DNA of 64,000 nt, from contig SVAO01000002.1 in assembly GCA_015059365.1 (NCBI GenBank), forward strand, positions 5,621 through 69,620, read 5' to 3'. Below, piece after piece: positions 10,534 through 21,051 of this stretch. This DNA comes from Bacillota bacterium (GTDB lineage Bacteria; Bacillota_I; Bacilli_A; RF39; UBA660). Numbering within the stretch: position 1 is the stretch's first letter; each line of letters begins with the position of its first letter. Both the position numbers and the translations under genes were made by a program. The notes beneath the pieces were generated by a model, which worked only from the letters and a program-made list of their open reading frames with translations, was not told the origin of the DNA and ran no database searches.

Positions 10534-11727
10534 ATGAAAATATTATCAGTTAATTGTGGTAGTTCATCATTAAAATTTCAAATGTATGAAATGCCAGAAG
10601 AAAAAGTTTTAATTAGCGGTTATGTTGAAAAAATAGGACAACCGGATTGTTTTTGGACAATTAAAGTTAATGGAGAAAAAAAGAAAGATCAAAAACCATT
10701 ACAAAATCATACTGAAGCAGTAGAAGTATTAATTGATGAATTGTTTAAAAATAATATTGTGGAAAACTTAGATGAAATTAAAGGAATTGGGCATCGTGTA
10801 TTACATGGTGGAGAAGTTTACGGAAAGTCTGTAATTATAACAGATGAAGTAGTTGAGCATATTAAAGCATTAACTAAATTAGGGCCTCTTCATCATCCAG
10901 GTAATTTAGCTGGAATTGAGGCTTTAAAGAAAGTTTTACCAGATGTTCCAATGGTTGCTGTATTTGATACTGCATTCCATCAAACAATGCCAAAACGTAA
11001 CTTTATTTATCCAGTTCCAATGGATTGGTATAAAGAATACGGAGTTCGTAAATATGGATTCCATGGCACTAGTCACAAATATATAACAGAAACTATGAAG
11101 GAAAAATTAGGCCGTGATGATGTAAACTTAATTATTTGTCATATTGGTAGTGGTGCAAGTATTGCCGCTATTAAAGATGGTAAATGTTATGACACTACCA
11201 TGGGATTAACTCCATTAGATGGATTAATGATGGGAACACGTAGTGGTGCAATTGACCCTTCAATTCTAGAATACGTATGTAAAGAATCTGGCAAGTCAAT
11301 TGAAGAAGTTACAAATGAATTAAATAAGAAGAGTGGATTCTTAGGTATAGCAGGATTTGCAGATTGCCGTGATGTTGAAAACTTAGTAAAAGAAGGAAAT
11401 GAAGATGCAATTTTAGCTTATGATTTATATTGTGATAGAATTGCTAAGTATATTGTAAACTATTATATTGAATTAGAAGGAAAAGTAGATTCTATTATAT
11501 TTACTGCTGGTGTAGGAGAAAACGGATTTATGGTAAGAAGCAAAGTTGCTAAGATGTTAAATCCATTAGGAATCTATGTAGATGAGGAAATTAATAATGA
11601 AACTGCTTCATTTAAATCTATTAAAGAAGGTATTATTAGTTCTGCAGATTCAAAAGTAGAAATTAGAGTACTTCCTACTGATGAAGAAGTAATGATAGTT
11701 AAAGATACATATGAATTAACAAAATAA
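10534..11727 (+). CDS. ackA: Acetate kinase
   Basis: MKILSVNCGSSSLKFQ N-terminus, GFHGTSH, CHIGSGASI motifs. Confidence 0.95.
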   Translation: MKILSVNCGSSSLKFQMYEMPEEKVLISGYVEKIGQPDCFWTIKVNGEKKKDQKPLQNHTEAVEVLIDELFKNNIVENLDEIKGIGHRVLHGGEVYGKSVIITDEVVEHIKALTKLGPLHHPGNLAGIEALKKVLPDVPMVAVFDTAFHQTMPKRNFIYPVPMDWYKEYGVRKYGFHGTSHKYITETMKEKLGRDDVNLIICHIGSGASIAAIKDGKCYDTTMGLTPLDGLMMGTRSGAIDPSILEYVCKESGKSIEEVTNELNKKSGFLGIAGFADCRDVENLVKEGNEDAILAYDLYCDRIAKYIVNYYIELEGKVDSIIFTAGVGENGFMVRSKVAKMLNPLGIYVDEEINNETASFKSIKEGIISSADSKVEIRVLPTDEEVMIVKDTYELTK

Positions 11728-11756
11728 GACCATTGAATTTTGGTCTTTTTTCTTTT
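11726..11756 (+). terminator. Rho-independent terminator after ackA
   Basis: AAGACCA-ttgaattt-TGGTCTT hairpin plus T-run. Confidence 0.75.
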
Positions 11757-11795
11757 TGATAATTAGTGTATAATTAATTTAGAAAAGGTGATAGC

Positions 11796-12761
11796 ATGTT
11801 AAATACTTATAAACAAATATATAGAAAAATAAAACAATTTGATAAAATTGTTATCGCAAGACATATAGGTGCAGATCCTGATGCCCTAGCTAGCCAATTA
11901 GCTTTACGTGATTCAATCAAAAATACTTTTCCTAAAAAGAAAGTATACGCCGTTGGTTGTCCTGCCTCTAAATTTAAATATTTAGGGTCTTTAGATAAAT
12001 TTGTTGATGATATTTATGAAGATGCCTTATTAATAGTAACCGATACACCGGATTACAAACGAGTAGATGGCGTAGATGCAAAAAAATTTAAGTATTCAAT
12101 TAAAATAGATCATCACCCATTTGTTGAAAAATATTGTAATTTAGAATATATCGATGATACTGCTAGTAGTGCATCACAATTAATAATGGAATTAATTTTT
12201 AATACAAAACTAAAATTAACTAAAGAAGTAGCAGAAAAGTTATACATCGGATTAGTATCAGATACAAATAGATTTTTATTTTCATATACAACTGCAAAAA
12301 CATTTGCTTTGGTATCTAAACTTATTAATGAAACCAATTTAAATTTTAGTCCTTTATATGAAGCTTTATATACAAGGCCAATTAGAGAAGTTAGATTTGA
12401 AGGTTATATTACAAATAATATGAAAATAACTGATAACGGGCTTGCTTATATAAAATTAAACGATGAGATATTAAGTGAATATGGAGTTGATTCTGCTACA
12501 GCAGGTAACATGGTAAATAATTTTAATTATATAGAGGAAATACTTGCATGGGTAGTTTTTTCAGAAGATAAAGTTAATAATACAATTAGAGGTTCTATTA
12601 GGTCAAGGGGACCAATAATTAATGAAACAGCTGCTAAGTTTGGTGGTGGTGGCCATATGTTTGCAAGTGGGATTAGATTAAAAGAACAAAGTCAGGTAGA
12701 AAATATTATTTTAGCTTTAGATGAGGTTTGTAAAAAATATAAAGAGGAAAATAATTTATAA
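11796..12761 (+). CDS. nrnA: DHH/DHHA1 phosphoesterase, NrnA-like oligoribonuclease / pAp phosphatase
   Basis: IARHIGADPDALAS, DHH (KIDHHPF), C-terminal GGGGH motif. Confidence 0.8.
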   Translation: MLNTYKQIYRKIKQFDKIVIARHIGADPDALASQLALRDSIKNTFPKKKVYAVGCPASKFKYLGSLDKFVDDIYEDALLIVTDTPDYKRVDGVDAKKFKYSIKIDHHPFVEKYCNLEYIDDTASSASQLIMELIFNTKLKLTKEVAEKLYIGLVSDTNRFLFSYTTAKTFALVSKLINETNLNFSPLYEALYTRPIREVRFEGYITNNMKITDNGLAYIKLNDEILSEYGVDSATAGNMVNNFNYIEEILAWVVFSEDKVNNTIRGSIRSRGPIINETAAKFGGGGHMFASGIRLKEQSQVENIILALDEVCKKYKEENNL

Positions 12762-12806
12762 AAAAAGTAATGTGATTGTAAACTTACTCAACACATTACT
12801 TTTTTA
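12761..12806. terminator. Bidirectional terminator between nrnA and convergent membrane-protein gene
   Basis: AGTAATGTG ... CACATTACT 9-bp stem flanked by A-run and T-run. Confidence 0.65.
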
Positions 12807-13190
12807 AATTATTGGATTTTCAACATCGGAAATTTGTTTTCCATTTCTTTCTTGTAAAACTACATATAGTGCAATAGCAGAAGCTATAACAGTTAAGACA
12901 GAGGCCAAAATTTGTAAATTATATGGAGTTAAATCTTCTCCTTCTTTTTTAGAAATATCATAAAGGATGAAGTTAATGATTAAAAATATTATAACTATTA
13001 TAAGAATTAAACTTCTATTAAAAGTAGAAAGCTTTTGAGCTTGCTTAGCGGTTAAAATTGGTTCTTTTTTTTCTAGTTCTAATTGCTGATTATATAGCAA
13101 TAAAACAGAAATAATTATTGTCCCTATACTTACAATAGAGGCAATAATTTGTATATTTATAGCAAGACTTTCTTTTTCTGTATTACTCAT
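12804..13190 (-). CDS. Small hypothetical membrane protein (3 predicted TM segments)
   Basis: 128 aa, three hydrophobic stretches; no motif recognised. Confidence 0.45.
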   Translation of the reverse strand: MSNTEKESLAINIQIIASIVSIGTIIISVLLLYNQQLELEKKEPILTAKQAQKLSTFNRSLILIIVIIFLIINFILYDISKKEGEDLTPYNLQILASVLTVIASAIALYVVLQERNGKQISDVENPII

Positions 13191-13259
13191 TTAAATTATC
13201 ATTATTTTTCATACTAAGCACCCAATTAAATATACGTAATTTAAAAGAAAAAGATGAAT

Positions 13260-13739
13260 TTATAAGTAAAATTCATCGATTTCTGCATCTTTAAGTCTTG
13301 ATTTATCATCTGTTTCCCATATTATTTTAATTGTTTCTAATGTTTGTTTTTCATTAACTTTTATAATATCGGATAATGACAATATCCCAATAAATTTATT
13401 ATTATCAACAACTAAAATTCTTTTTATTTTATGTTGTTTCATTAAATCTAATGCCTCGTTAATTTCTCTATTATAATCAATTTTAATAACGTTTTTATTA
13501 ATATAATCCTCAATCTTTTGATCACAATCACAATTGTTTGCTACTGCGTTAATAACAATATCACGATCGGTAATTACCCCTATAATTTTTGCATTACTTA
13601 CAACTGGTAAGAACCCAATATTGTGTTGTTTCATTAAATTTGCAGCATCATATATAGAAGTATTTGTATCTATTGAAATAATTCCTTTGTTTAAAACCTC
13701 TTTTATTCTCAAATTTATCACCATTAGTATATTTTCCAT
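13260..13739 (-). CDS. CBS-pair domain protein
   Basis: Two CBS repeats (GFLPVV ... GVITDRDI; RILVVD ... GILSLSDI). Confidence 0.8.
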   Translation of the reverse strand: MENILMVINLRIKEVLNKGIISIDTNTSIYDAANLMKQHNIGFLPVVSNAKIIGVITDRDIVINAVANNCDCDQKIEDYINKNVIKIDYNREINEALDLMKQHKIKRILVVDNNKFIGILSLSDIIKVNEKQTLETIKIIWETDDKSRLKDAEIDEFYL

Positions 13740-13784
13740 ATTTATAAAAAATATTCAGAAACATAAAATTAAATAGGTGGTTTA

Positions 13785-14561
13785 ATGAATAATCGTATAC
13801 ATTTAAAGAAAAAAATCTTATTATTTAAACGTTCTCGAAAACCTAAAAGAAAAAATATTGTATTATTTACAACTATTTTAATTATAATTGCTATAATATT
13901 TATATTTAAGATAATAGATAAAAAAGCTTCTCCAGTTTTATTAAATTATGCAGAGTTAGAAGCACGTAAGCTTGCTTCTGTAGTTATTAATTCTGCAATT
14001 AATAAAGAAGTATCGAAAAATATTAATTTAGAAGAATTATTTATTATATCTAAAGATAGTAATGGGGAAATTAATACTATAGATTTTAATCCGATAGAGG
14101 TAAACGAAATATTAGTTCAGGTAACTAATGTAATTCAAAAAAATATGAAAATGTTAGAGGAAGGCGATATCGGAAATTTAGATTTGCCTAATTCTAATTA
14201 TTTGAGTTCTAATCAAAAATTAAAGCGTGGAATTATTTTTGAAATACCTAGTGGGCTTATATTTAATAATGCCTTTTTTAATAATTTAGGTCCCAAAATA
14301 CCAGTTAGATTAAATTTAGTAGGGGATGTGATAAGTGAGGTAAGAACGAATGTGACCAATTATGGGATTAATAATGCTTTAATTGAAATAAAAATAAATT
14401 TAAAATTAACAGAGCAGGTAATTTTACCTATCGCAACTAATAAAATTGAGATTGATCTTAGTGTACCAATTGCTTTAAAAATAATCCAAGGAACAGTTCC
14501 TAATTATTATTTAAACGGGTTAAGTGGTAGTTCTAGCGTTGTTGCGATTCCTATAGAATAA
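13785..14561 (+). CDS. yunB: Sporulation protein YunB
   Basis: N-terminal TM anchor, LNYAELEARKLASVVINSAINKE and overall size/pattern typical of YunB. Confidence 0.7.
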   Translation: MNNRIHLKKKILLFKRSRKPKRKNIVLFTTILIIIAIIFIFKIIDKKASPVLLNYAELEARKLASVVINSAINKEVSKNINLEELFIISKDSNGEINTIDFNPIEVNEILVQVTNVIQKNMKMLEEGDIGNLDLPNSNYLSSNQKLKRGIIFEIPSGLIFNNAFFNNLGPKIPVRLNLVGDVISEVRTNVTNYGINNALIEIKINLKLTEQVILPIATNKIEIDLSVPIALKIIQGTVPNYYLNGLSGSSSVVAIPIE

Positions 14562-14598
14562 AATAAAAGAATATGGTATACTAACTATAGGTGATAGT

Positions 14599-16293
14599 AT
14601 GGTATTGAAGAAATGGGTTAAAATAGTTTTATTTTTACTGGCTGCATTTGTTTGTTCTTATATAATTTTTTTAACTTTCAATAAGGCGGAAGAAGTTGAA
14701 TTAGTAAAGAATGCTTATATAAAAAGTGAAGAGGAAGCAGTATTACTTTATAATGTCGATTTTTCCAACTCTATTACTCTAACCAGAGGTGCTAAAGTAA
14801 CTACTAATGGTAAAACAATAGTAAACGAAACGACAAATAAAGAATATGTTGAAATAACATATGAAGATAATAAATATCTAGTTTTTCCACTTAATTTAAC
14901 TTATAATGAACGAGAAGTAGTTGGTGAAAAACATTTATATATACGCACTCCAGTTTCCGTTTATCAAACTTTAGATACAGCTCATTTAATTTCATTTATA
15001 AAAAAGGGTGAAAAAGTAGAAGTTTTAGATTATGACTATTTAAAAGAAGATGGCACAGTTAATAAATATAAGGTTAAATATAATGAAATAGAAGGTTATA
15101 TTTATGCTAAGTATACTGTAAAGACTCAAGCAGAGGCTTTAGAAAATTATGATAGCGATGGTGCATATCTTACTCATGCTTCTAGAAAGAATTATCAAGG
15201 AGGCGGAAGTGCCGCTAATTTAGATTATTTTCCTGTAGAAAAACCAAAATTTGAAAATAATGTTATGCCAACAGAAGTAAGAAGTTTATATTTAAATTCT
15301 GGTGTAATTTATAATGTAGATAAGTATATAGAGCTTGCAAAAAAATCTAATATTAATGCTTTTGTAGTAGATATTAAAGATAATACTGCTCCAGCATACA
15401 AGTCTGAAGTTATGCAAAAATATTCGCCAACAAATTATGAAAAAGCTTTTTCTTCTATAGAAAAATATAAAGAAGCAATCAATAAATTAAAAGAAAATGG
15501 TTTTTATGTAATTGGTAGAATTACAGTGTTTAAAGATAATTATTATGCTAAAGATCATCCTGAAGATACAATTATGGACACAAGAACCAATGCTTCATTC
15601 TTACATAATGGTTCATATTGGCCAAGTGCTTATAGTAGAGATGTCTGGGAATTTAATGTAGAACTTGCTAAGGAAGCAGTATTGCTTATGGGCTTTAATG
15701 AAATACAATTTGACTATGTCCGTTTCCCTGATAGAACATCAAGTGTAGAATCTTATTTAAATTATCAGAATATATATAATGAGGAAAAAGCTCAAGCAAT
15801 TCAAAACTTCCTATTTTATGCATGTGATGAAATTCATTCAGTAGGAGCTTATGTATCTGCTGATGTATTTGGTGAATCAGCACATAACTATGTTTCTGGT
15901 TATGGACAATATTGGGGAGCTATCTCTAATGTAGTAGATGTTATTAGTGGAATGCCTTATCCAGAACTTTTTAATAAATATGAATATGGGTTTACTGAAC
16001 CTGTATGGACTGTTCCTTATGACTTATTATACTTTTGGGGAAAAAATTATGTTGCTAAACAACAAAATCTAATTCCAACACCAGCAATTGTAAGAACATG
16101 GATTCAAGCATATGATATAACCTGGAGAAATCCAAAAACAAGTTATGATGCAGCAATGGTTTCAGAAGAAATAAGTGGATTGTATGATGCTGGATTAACT
16201 GGTGGATATATAACTTGGAATGCTGGTTCAAGTCTTACTAAATATGAACAATTATCTCCAGCATTTAATAAAAATTATTTAGGAAGTGATTAG
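14599..16293 (+). CDS. Putative membrane-anchored glycoside hydrolase-like TIM-barrel protein (DUF4015-like)
   Basis: N-terminal TM, SH3-like segment, IQFDYVRFPD motif recalled from putative glycoside hydrolase family; recollection-based. Confidence 0.5.
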   Translation: MVLKKWVKIVLFLLAAFVCSYIIFLTFNKAEEVELVKNAYIKSEEEAVLLYNVDFSNSITLTRGAKVTTNGKTIVNETTNKEYVEITYEDNKYLVFPLNLTYNEREVVGEKHLYIRTPVSVYQTLDTAHLISFIKKGEKVEVLDYDYLKEDGTVNKYKVKYNEIEGYIYAKYTVKTQAEALENYDSDGAYLTHASRKNYQGGGSAANLDYFPVEKPKFENNVMPTEVRSLYLNSGVIYNVDKYIELAKKSNINAFVVDIKDNTAPAYKSEVMQKYSPTNYEKAFSSIEKYKEAINKLKENGFYVIGRITVFKDNYYAKDHPEDTIMDTRTNASFLHNGSYWPSAYSRDVWEFNVELAKEAVLLMGFNEIQFDYVRFPDRTSSVESYLNYQNIYNEEKAQAIQNFLFYACDEIHSVGAYVSADVFGESAHNYVSGYGQYWGAISNVVDVISGMPYPELFNKYEYGFTEPVWTVPYDLLYFWGKNYVAKQQNLIPTPAIVRTWIQAYDITWRNPKTSYDAAMVSEEISGLYDAGLTGGYITWNAGSSLTKYEQLSPAFNKNYLGSD

Positions 16294-16593
16294 ATGAAAA
16301 ATAAAAAGTATATATTTAATGATATCAATTATGAACTAATAAAAGATTATAAAGATGGTTTTGATAAAGAGGCAATAGAAAATTTAATAACAGAGTATTT
16401 CAATGACTATGATTATGTAGTTGGTGATTGGTCTTATGGAAAACTTAGATTAAAAGGCTTTTGTGACAAAACAAATAAACTAAATAAAAGTATAAATAAT
16501 ATTAATAATCTTGATAAATACATTAAGGAAAATTGTTCATATGATTGTAAATATTTTGTATTAAAAAAATGTATTAATGACACTAATAATTAG
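16294..16593 (+). CDS. yutD: YutD-like protein (DUF1027)
   Basis: 99 aa, DYKDGFDKEAI ... DYVVGDWSYGKLRLKGF pattern typical of YutD. Confidence 0.65.
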   Translation: MKNKKYIFNDINYELIKDYKDGFDKEAIENLITEYFNDYDYVVGDWSYGKLRLKGFCDKTNKLNKSINNINNLDKYIKENCSYDCKYFVLKKCINDTNN

Positions 16594-16599
16594 GGTGAG

Positions 16600-18270
16600 G
16601 TGATTAATTTGTTTAAATATGATGTATGTGTATTTGGTGGCTGTTCACTTGATATGACATTTTTTCAAAAAAGCGATGGAACTTATAGCGTAAAACCAGA
16701 TGTTTTATTTCCAGGTGGGAAGGGTGCTAATCAGGCTGTTGCGGCTTCTCGTGCAGGGGCAAAAGTTGTAATGATTTCAAAACTTGGCAATGATGATGTG
16801 GGTAAAATAATTTTACAAAATTTAAACAAAAATGGAGTTTTTACTAATGGAGTAGAATTAGTTGACGGTCTAAAGAATGATTGTTGTAAAATTTATATAG
16901 AAAAAGAAAATAAAGATAATGAAATTATTAGAGAAAATGGTGCAATTGATAGTTTTACAGTTGATATGATTGAAAAATATAGAGATATTATATTAAATTC
17001 TAAAATGGTTGTTGCCCAAATGAAAATACCTAAAGAAGTAAGTGTTGCCTTGATAAACTTTTGCGATGAACATAATATACCACTAATAGTTACACCATGC
17101 AGACCGGAAAAACTAAATATAAGTGAAATCAATAACTTGGATTTGATAGAAAAAATATCTTATATTACAGCTAACAAAAAAGAATGTGCTGCTATATTTG
17201 GCATAGATAATATTGAGGAATGTGTAAAAAAATATCCTAACAAATTAATTGTAACATTAGGTAATGATGGTATCATGTATTATGATGGTGAAAGAATAAA
17301 TAAGATTGATGCTTTAGAGGTTTCAAATATTGTAGATACCACTGGGGCTGGAGATACATTTAATGGTAATTTAGCTGCTTTATTAACAAGAGGAGTATCT
17401 CTTCACAGTGCAATAAAAAAAGCTCAATATGCATCAGCTATGAAACTGATGAAAGAATCAGCTCAAGCAGGAATGCCTTACCAGGATAAATTAGAGCAGT
17501 TTATAAGAGAATATAATAGTAGGAATTTTGAATATAAACAAGAATTTAATATGATATATGAAAAAATCATTTCAGCCAATTCTTTAATTACAAAAAAACA
17601 AATGAAAATAACTAAAAAGCAGGATAAAACATTTGTTACTGAGTCTGATTTATTAATAGAAAATTTTTTGATATCGGAAATAACAAAAAATTTTCCTAAT
17701 GATAACTTTGTAAGTGAGGAAGGAAATTCTTCCAATTCAATTAAAAATAGAACCTGGATAATTGATCCTATAGATGGTACTTTTCATTATATGAAAAACT
17801 CAATCTTTTGGGGAATTCAAGTGGCATTTATAGATAAAGATGATGTTCAGTTTTCTATAATATATTTACCGAAAATGAATGAAATATATTATGCATTAAA
17901 GGATATTGGAACATTCTTAAATCATGAAAAAATAACATTAAGTGATAATGTAAAAATGGAAGAATGTAATGTAGAGTTTTGTGGTTCTATCCATAAATGT
18001 TTTGATGAAAAAAGTAAATTTTTAAGAGAGTTAACATTAGGTGAGGACAGAGTTGGAAATATAATGCATATTAATAGTTGCTGTTTTGCATTTACTAATT
18101 TAGTGTGTGGTAGAACTGATGCACTTATTATATCAACAAAAAAAGCATGGGATATTCTTCCTGGAATATTTTTGCTTAAGCAAATGGGAATAAATAAACA
18201 TGAGATTGGTAATTTATCGCTATATTCAAAAAGTGAAGAATTAACAAATAAAATATTAATGCTAAAGTAA
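16600..18270 (+). CDS. Fusion protein: PfkB/ribokinase-family sugar kinase (N) + inositol monophosphatase-family phosphatase (C)
   Basis: N half: GGKGANQAVAASRAGAKV and DTTGAGDTFNG; C half: SEEG, WIIDPIDGT, WDILPG (IMPase/SuhB/CysQ motifs); single uninterrupted 556-aa ORF. Confidence 0.8.
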   Translation: MINLFKYDVCVFGGCSLDMTFFQKSDGTYSVKPDVLFPGGKGANQAVAASRAGAKVVMISKLGNDDVGKIILQNLNKNGVFTNGVELVDGLKNDCCKIYIEKENKDNEIIRENGAIDSFTVDMIEKYRDIILNSKMVVAQMKIPKEVSVALINFCDEHNIPLIVTPCRPEKLNISEINNLDLIEKISYITANKKECAAIFGIDNIEECVKKYPNKLIVTLGNDGIMYYDGERINKIDALEVSNIVDTTGAGDTFNGNLAALLTRGVSLHSAIKKAQYASAMKLMKESAQAGMPYQDKLEQFIREYNSRNFEYKQEFNMIYEKIISANSLITKKQMKITKKQDKTFVTESDLLIENFLISEITKNFPNDNFVSEEGNSSNSIKNRTWIIDPIDGTFHYMKNSIFWGIQVAFIDKDDVQFSIIYLPKMNEIYYALKDIGTFLNHEKITLSDNVKMEECNVEFCGSIHKCFDEKSKFLRELTLGEDRVGNIMHINSCCFAFTNLVCGRTDALIISTKKAWDILPGIFLLKQMGINKHEIGNLSLYSKSEELTNKILMLK

Positions 18271-18294
18271 CAATATCAAAATTGTTACTTTTAA
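18266..18294 (+). terminator. Rho-independent terminator after kinase-phosphatase fusion gene
   Basis: AGTAACAAT-atcaaa-ATTGTTACT hairpin then T-rich tract. Confidence 0.7.
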
Positions 18295-18360
18295 TTTTAG
18301 TAAAATTATCCATTTTAAAATTAGATAAAAAGTGTTATAATGTTCATATGGAGGATCGAT

Positions 18361-19462
18361 ATGGAATTAAATGAAATTATAAATATTTATAAAGATTTTT
18401 CAGACAAGATTGAAGAACTTTGGAGGTTACTTTGACCCAGAAAGTAAAAACGAAGAAATAAAAAAATTAGAAGAATTAATGAATGATTCTAATTTTTGGA
18501 ATGATAAACGTGAAAGTGAGAAAGTAATAAGTAATTTAAATTCACTTAAAGGGATAGTTGAAAAAGTGGATGATTTAAAGAACCAAATAAATAATAATTA
18601 TTTAATGGTTAAAGATTTAAATGATAATTTAGATATTGAAATTAAAGAACTTTTGGAAGTTGAGATAAAAGATTTAAAGGAAAAATTAGAAAGTTTAGAA
18701 GTTGAATTATTATTAAATGGTCCATATGATAATGGTGATGCAATAATTGAAATACATTCAGGAGCAGGTGGAACAGAAGCCTGTGATTGGGCAAATATGT
18801 TATTTCGTATGTATAGCCGTTGGTGTGAAAAAAAAGGCTATAAAATAGAAGTAATTGACTCACAAGAAGGTGAAGAAGTTGGTATTAAAAGTTTAACAAT
18901 GTTTGTTAAAGGGATTAATGCTTACGGATATTTGAAATGTGAAAAAGGTGTGCACCGTTTAATTAGAATTTCACCATTTGATTCAAATTCAAGAAGGCAT
19001 ACATCTTTTGCATCTGTTGAAGTAACACCACTAATTGAATCTAGTTCAATTGACACAGAGATTAATCCTAATGATATTAGGGTGGATGTATATCGTAGTA
19101 GTGGTTGTGGTGGACAAGGCGTAAATACAACTGATTCAGCAGTCAGAATAACTCATATTCCTACTAAAATTGTAGTAACTTGTCAAAATGAAAGAAGTCA
19201 AATTCAAAATAAAGAAAAAGCAATGGAAGTATTAAAAAGCAAATTATATCAGTTGGAATTAGAAAAAAGAAATAATGAAATAAAACAGTTAAAAGGTAAT
19301 CAAATGGATATAAATTTTGGTTCCCAAATAAGAAGTTACATCATGTGCCCATATTCATTAGTAAAGGATCATCGTACTAATGTTGAAACAAGTAATGTAG
19401 ATAAAGTTTTGGATGGAAACTTAGATCTGTTTATTACTGCTAGTTTGAAGGAAGTGAAGTAA
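18361..19462 (+). CDS. prfB: Peptide chain release factor 2, requires programmed +1 frameshift: join(18361..18432,18434..19462)
   Basis: Frame 0 MELNEIINIYKDFSDKIEELWRLL ends at in-frame TGA 18433-18435 in context GGAGG-TTA-CTT-TGA-C; +1 frame continues DPESKNEE...; SPF and GGQ motifs downstream. Confidence 0.92.
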
Positions 19463-20341
19463 ATGTTTTTTCAAAATCAGAAAGATGATAATGCACTTTT
19501 AAATAAAATATATAAAAAGGGAATTGTATCACGTTATTTACAGTTTATATTTGGTGTACTATTAGTTGCTTTAGCTTTCAATATATTTATTTTACCTAAT
19601 GATATAGTTTGCGGTGTTAGTGGATTGGGAGTAATATTTTATAGAACTTTAGGGATTGATCCAGCATTAGTTATACTTATTGGTTCTATAATTTTATTAA
19701 TTTTAAGTTTTGCTCTTCTTGGTGTAGAAAAAACAAAAAACTCAATTATCGGTTCACTTTTATATCCTGTTTTTGTAAAATTAACTCAAAGTTTTATTCA
19801 ATTTATAGATTTAGGCACAACAGAAACTATAGTTACTATTTTGTTTGGTGGAGTTATTTTTGGATTGGGATTAGGACTTATTTTTAAAGCAGGTTTTACT
19901 ACTGGTGGAACAGATATTTTAAATCAAATTTTATCTAAATATTTTAAAATATCTATCGGCAATTCTATGTTTTTTACAGATGGATTAATCATATTTATTA
20001 GTTTATTTATCTTTGGATGGCAAAAATTTATTTACTCAGTTATTTTTATCTATATAATTAGTGTCATAACTGACAAAGTAATATTAGGAATATCAAATTC
20101 AAAAACATTTTATATAATTACTGAGCATGAAAAAAGTGTTAAAAACTTTATCATAAATCATTTGTCACATGGAGTTACAGTATTAGAAGGACGCGGAGGT
20201 TATACTGGAAATAGTCAAAAAGTAATAATGTGTATTATTCCAACTAAAGAGTATTTTTTGGCTAAAGAGGGAATCCGCGAAATTGACCCAAATGCATTTT
20301 TCTTGGTGACAGATACTTATGAAGTTTTTGGTGGAGAGTAG
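19463..20341 (+). CDS. YitT family membrane protein (DUF2179 C-terminal domain)
   Basis: Five or more TM segments followed by soluble C-terminal TVLEGRGGYTG domain typical of YitT. Confidence 0.8.
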   Translation: MFFQNQKDDNALLNKIYKKGIVSRYLQFIFGVLLVALAFNIFILPNDIVCGVSGLGVIFYRTLGIDPALVILIGSIILLILSFALLGVEKTKNSIIGSLLYPVFVKLTQSFIQFIDLGTTETIVTILFGGVIFGLGLGLIFKAGFTTGGTDILNQILSKYFKISIGNSMFFTDGLIIFISLFIFGWQKFIYSVIFIYIISVITDKVILGISNSKTFYIITEHEKSVKNFIINHLSHGVTVLEGRGGYTGNSQKVIMCIIPTKEYFLAKEGIREIDPNAFFLVTDTYEVFGGE

Positions 20342-20355
20342 AAAGAGGTGTGAAT

Positions 20356-21051
20356 ATGGATTTTATTAGAATTAGAGGAGTTAATAAAACATACAAAACA
20401 GGAGTAACTGCTATTTATGATATGGATTTAACTATTGAAAAGGGAGAATTCGTTTTTATAATAGGTTCTACAGGTTGTGGAAAGAGTACATTGATAAAGA
20501 TGCTTTATCGTGAAGAAAAAGCAGATAAAGGAAAAATTATTGTTGGTGGAATTGATGTAAATAAATTACGTAATGGTAAAATTTATAAATTAAGAAGAAA
20601 ACTTGGAGTAGTATTCCAAGATTATAAATTATTACCAAAATTAACTGTTTATGAGAATGTTGCTTTTGCACTAGAAATATTTGGGCTTTCTAAAGCTGAA
20701 ATTCATCCTAAAGTAATTAAGGCATTAGAATTAGTTGGATTAAAATCTAGGGCAAAAAGTTATCCAAGTCAATTATCTGGAGGAGAACAACAACGTGTTG
20801 CAATTGCTAGAGCTATTGTAAATGGCCCTAAATTACTTATTTGTGACGAGCCTACAGGAAATTTAGATGAAAATACTAGTATGGAAATTATGAAAGTATT
20901 AGATGAAATTAATAAATTAGGTACAACTATTATTATGGTTACTCATGATACTAAAATTGTAGAAGCGATGAAAAAAAGAGTAATTTTATTGGATTCAGGA
21001 AGAATTTTAAAAGACTATAAGGAGGGAACATATAGCCATGAGAATGTTTAG
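20356..21051 (+). CDS. ftsE: Cell division ABC transporter ATP-binding protein FtsE
   Basis: AGAGGTG RBS then ATG 20356; Walker A GSTGCGKST, signature LSGGEQQR, Walker B LLICDEPT. Confidence 0.92.
   Translation: MDFIRIRGVNKTYKTGVTAIYDMDLTIEKGEFVFIIGSTGCGKSTLIKMLYREEKADKGKIIVGGIDVNKLRNGKIYKLRRKLGVVFQDYKLLPKLTVYENVAFALEIFGLSKAEIHPKVIKALELVGLKSRAKSYPSQLSGGEQQRVAIARAIVNGPKLLICDEPTGNLDENTSMEIMKVLDEINKLGTTIIMVTHDTKIVEAMKKRVILLDSGRILKDYKEGTYSHENV

Noticed and set aside
18410-18435. Interpreting prfB as a pseudogene or as starting at 18410.
   Set aside because: The upstream frame plus the CTT-TGA-C site with an internal SD is the textbook RF2 autoregulatory frameshift. The joined product is a full-length RF2.
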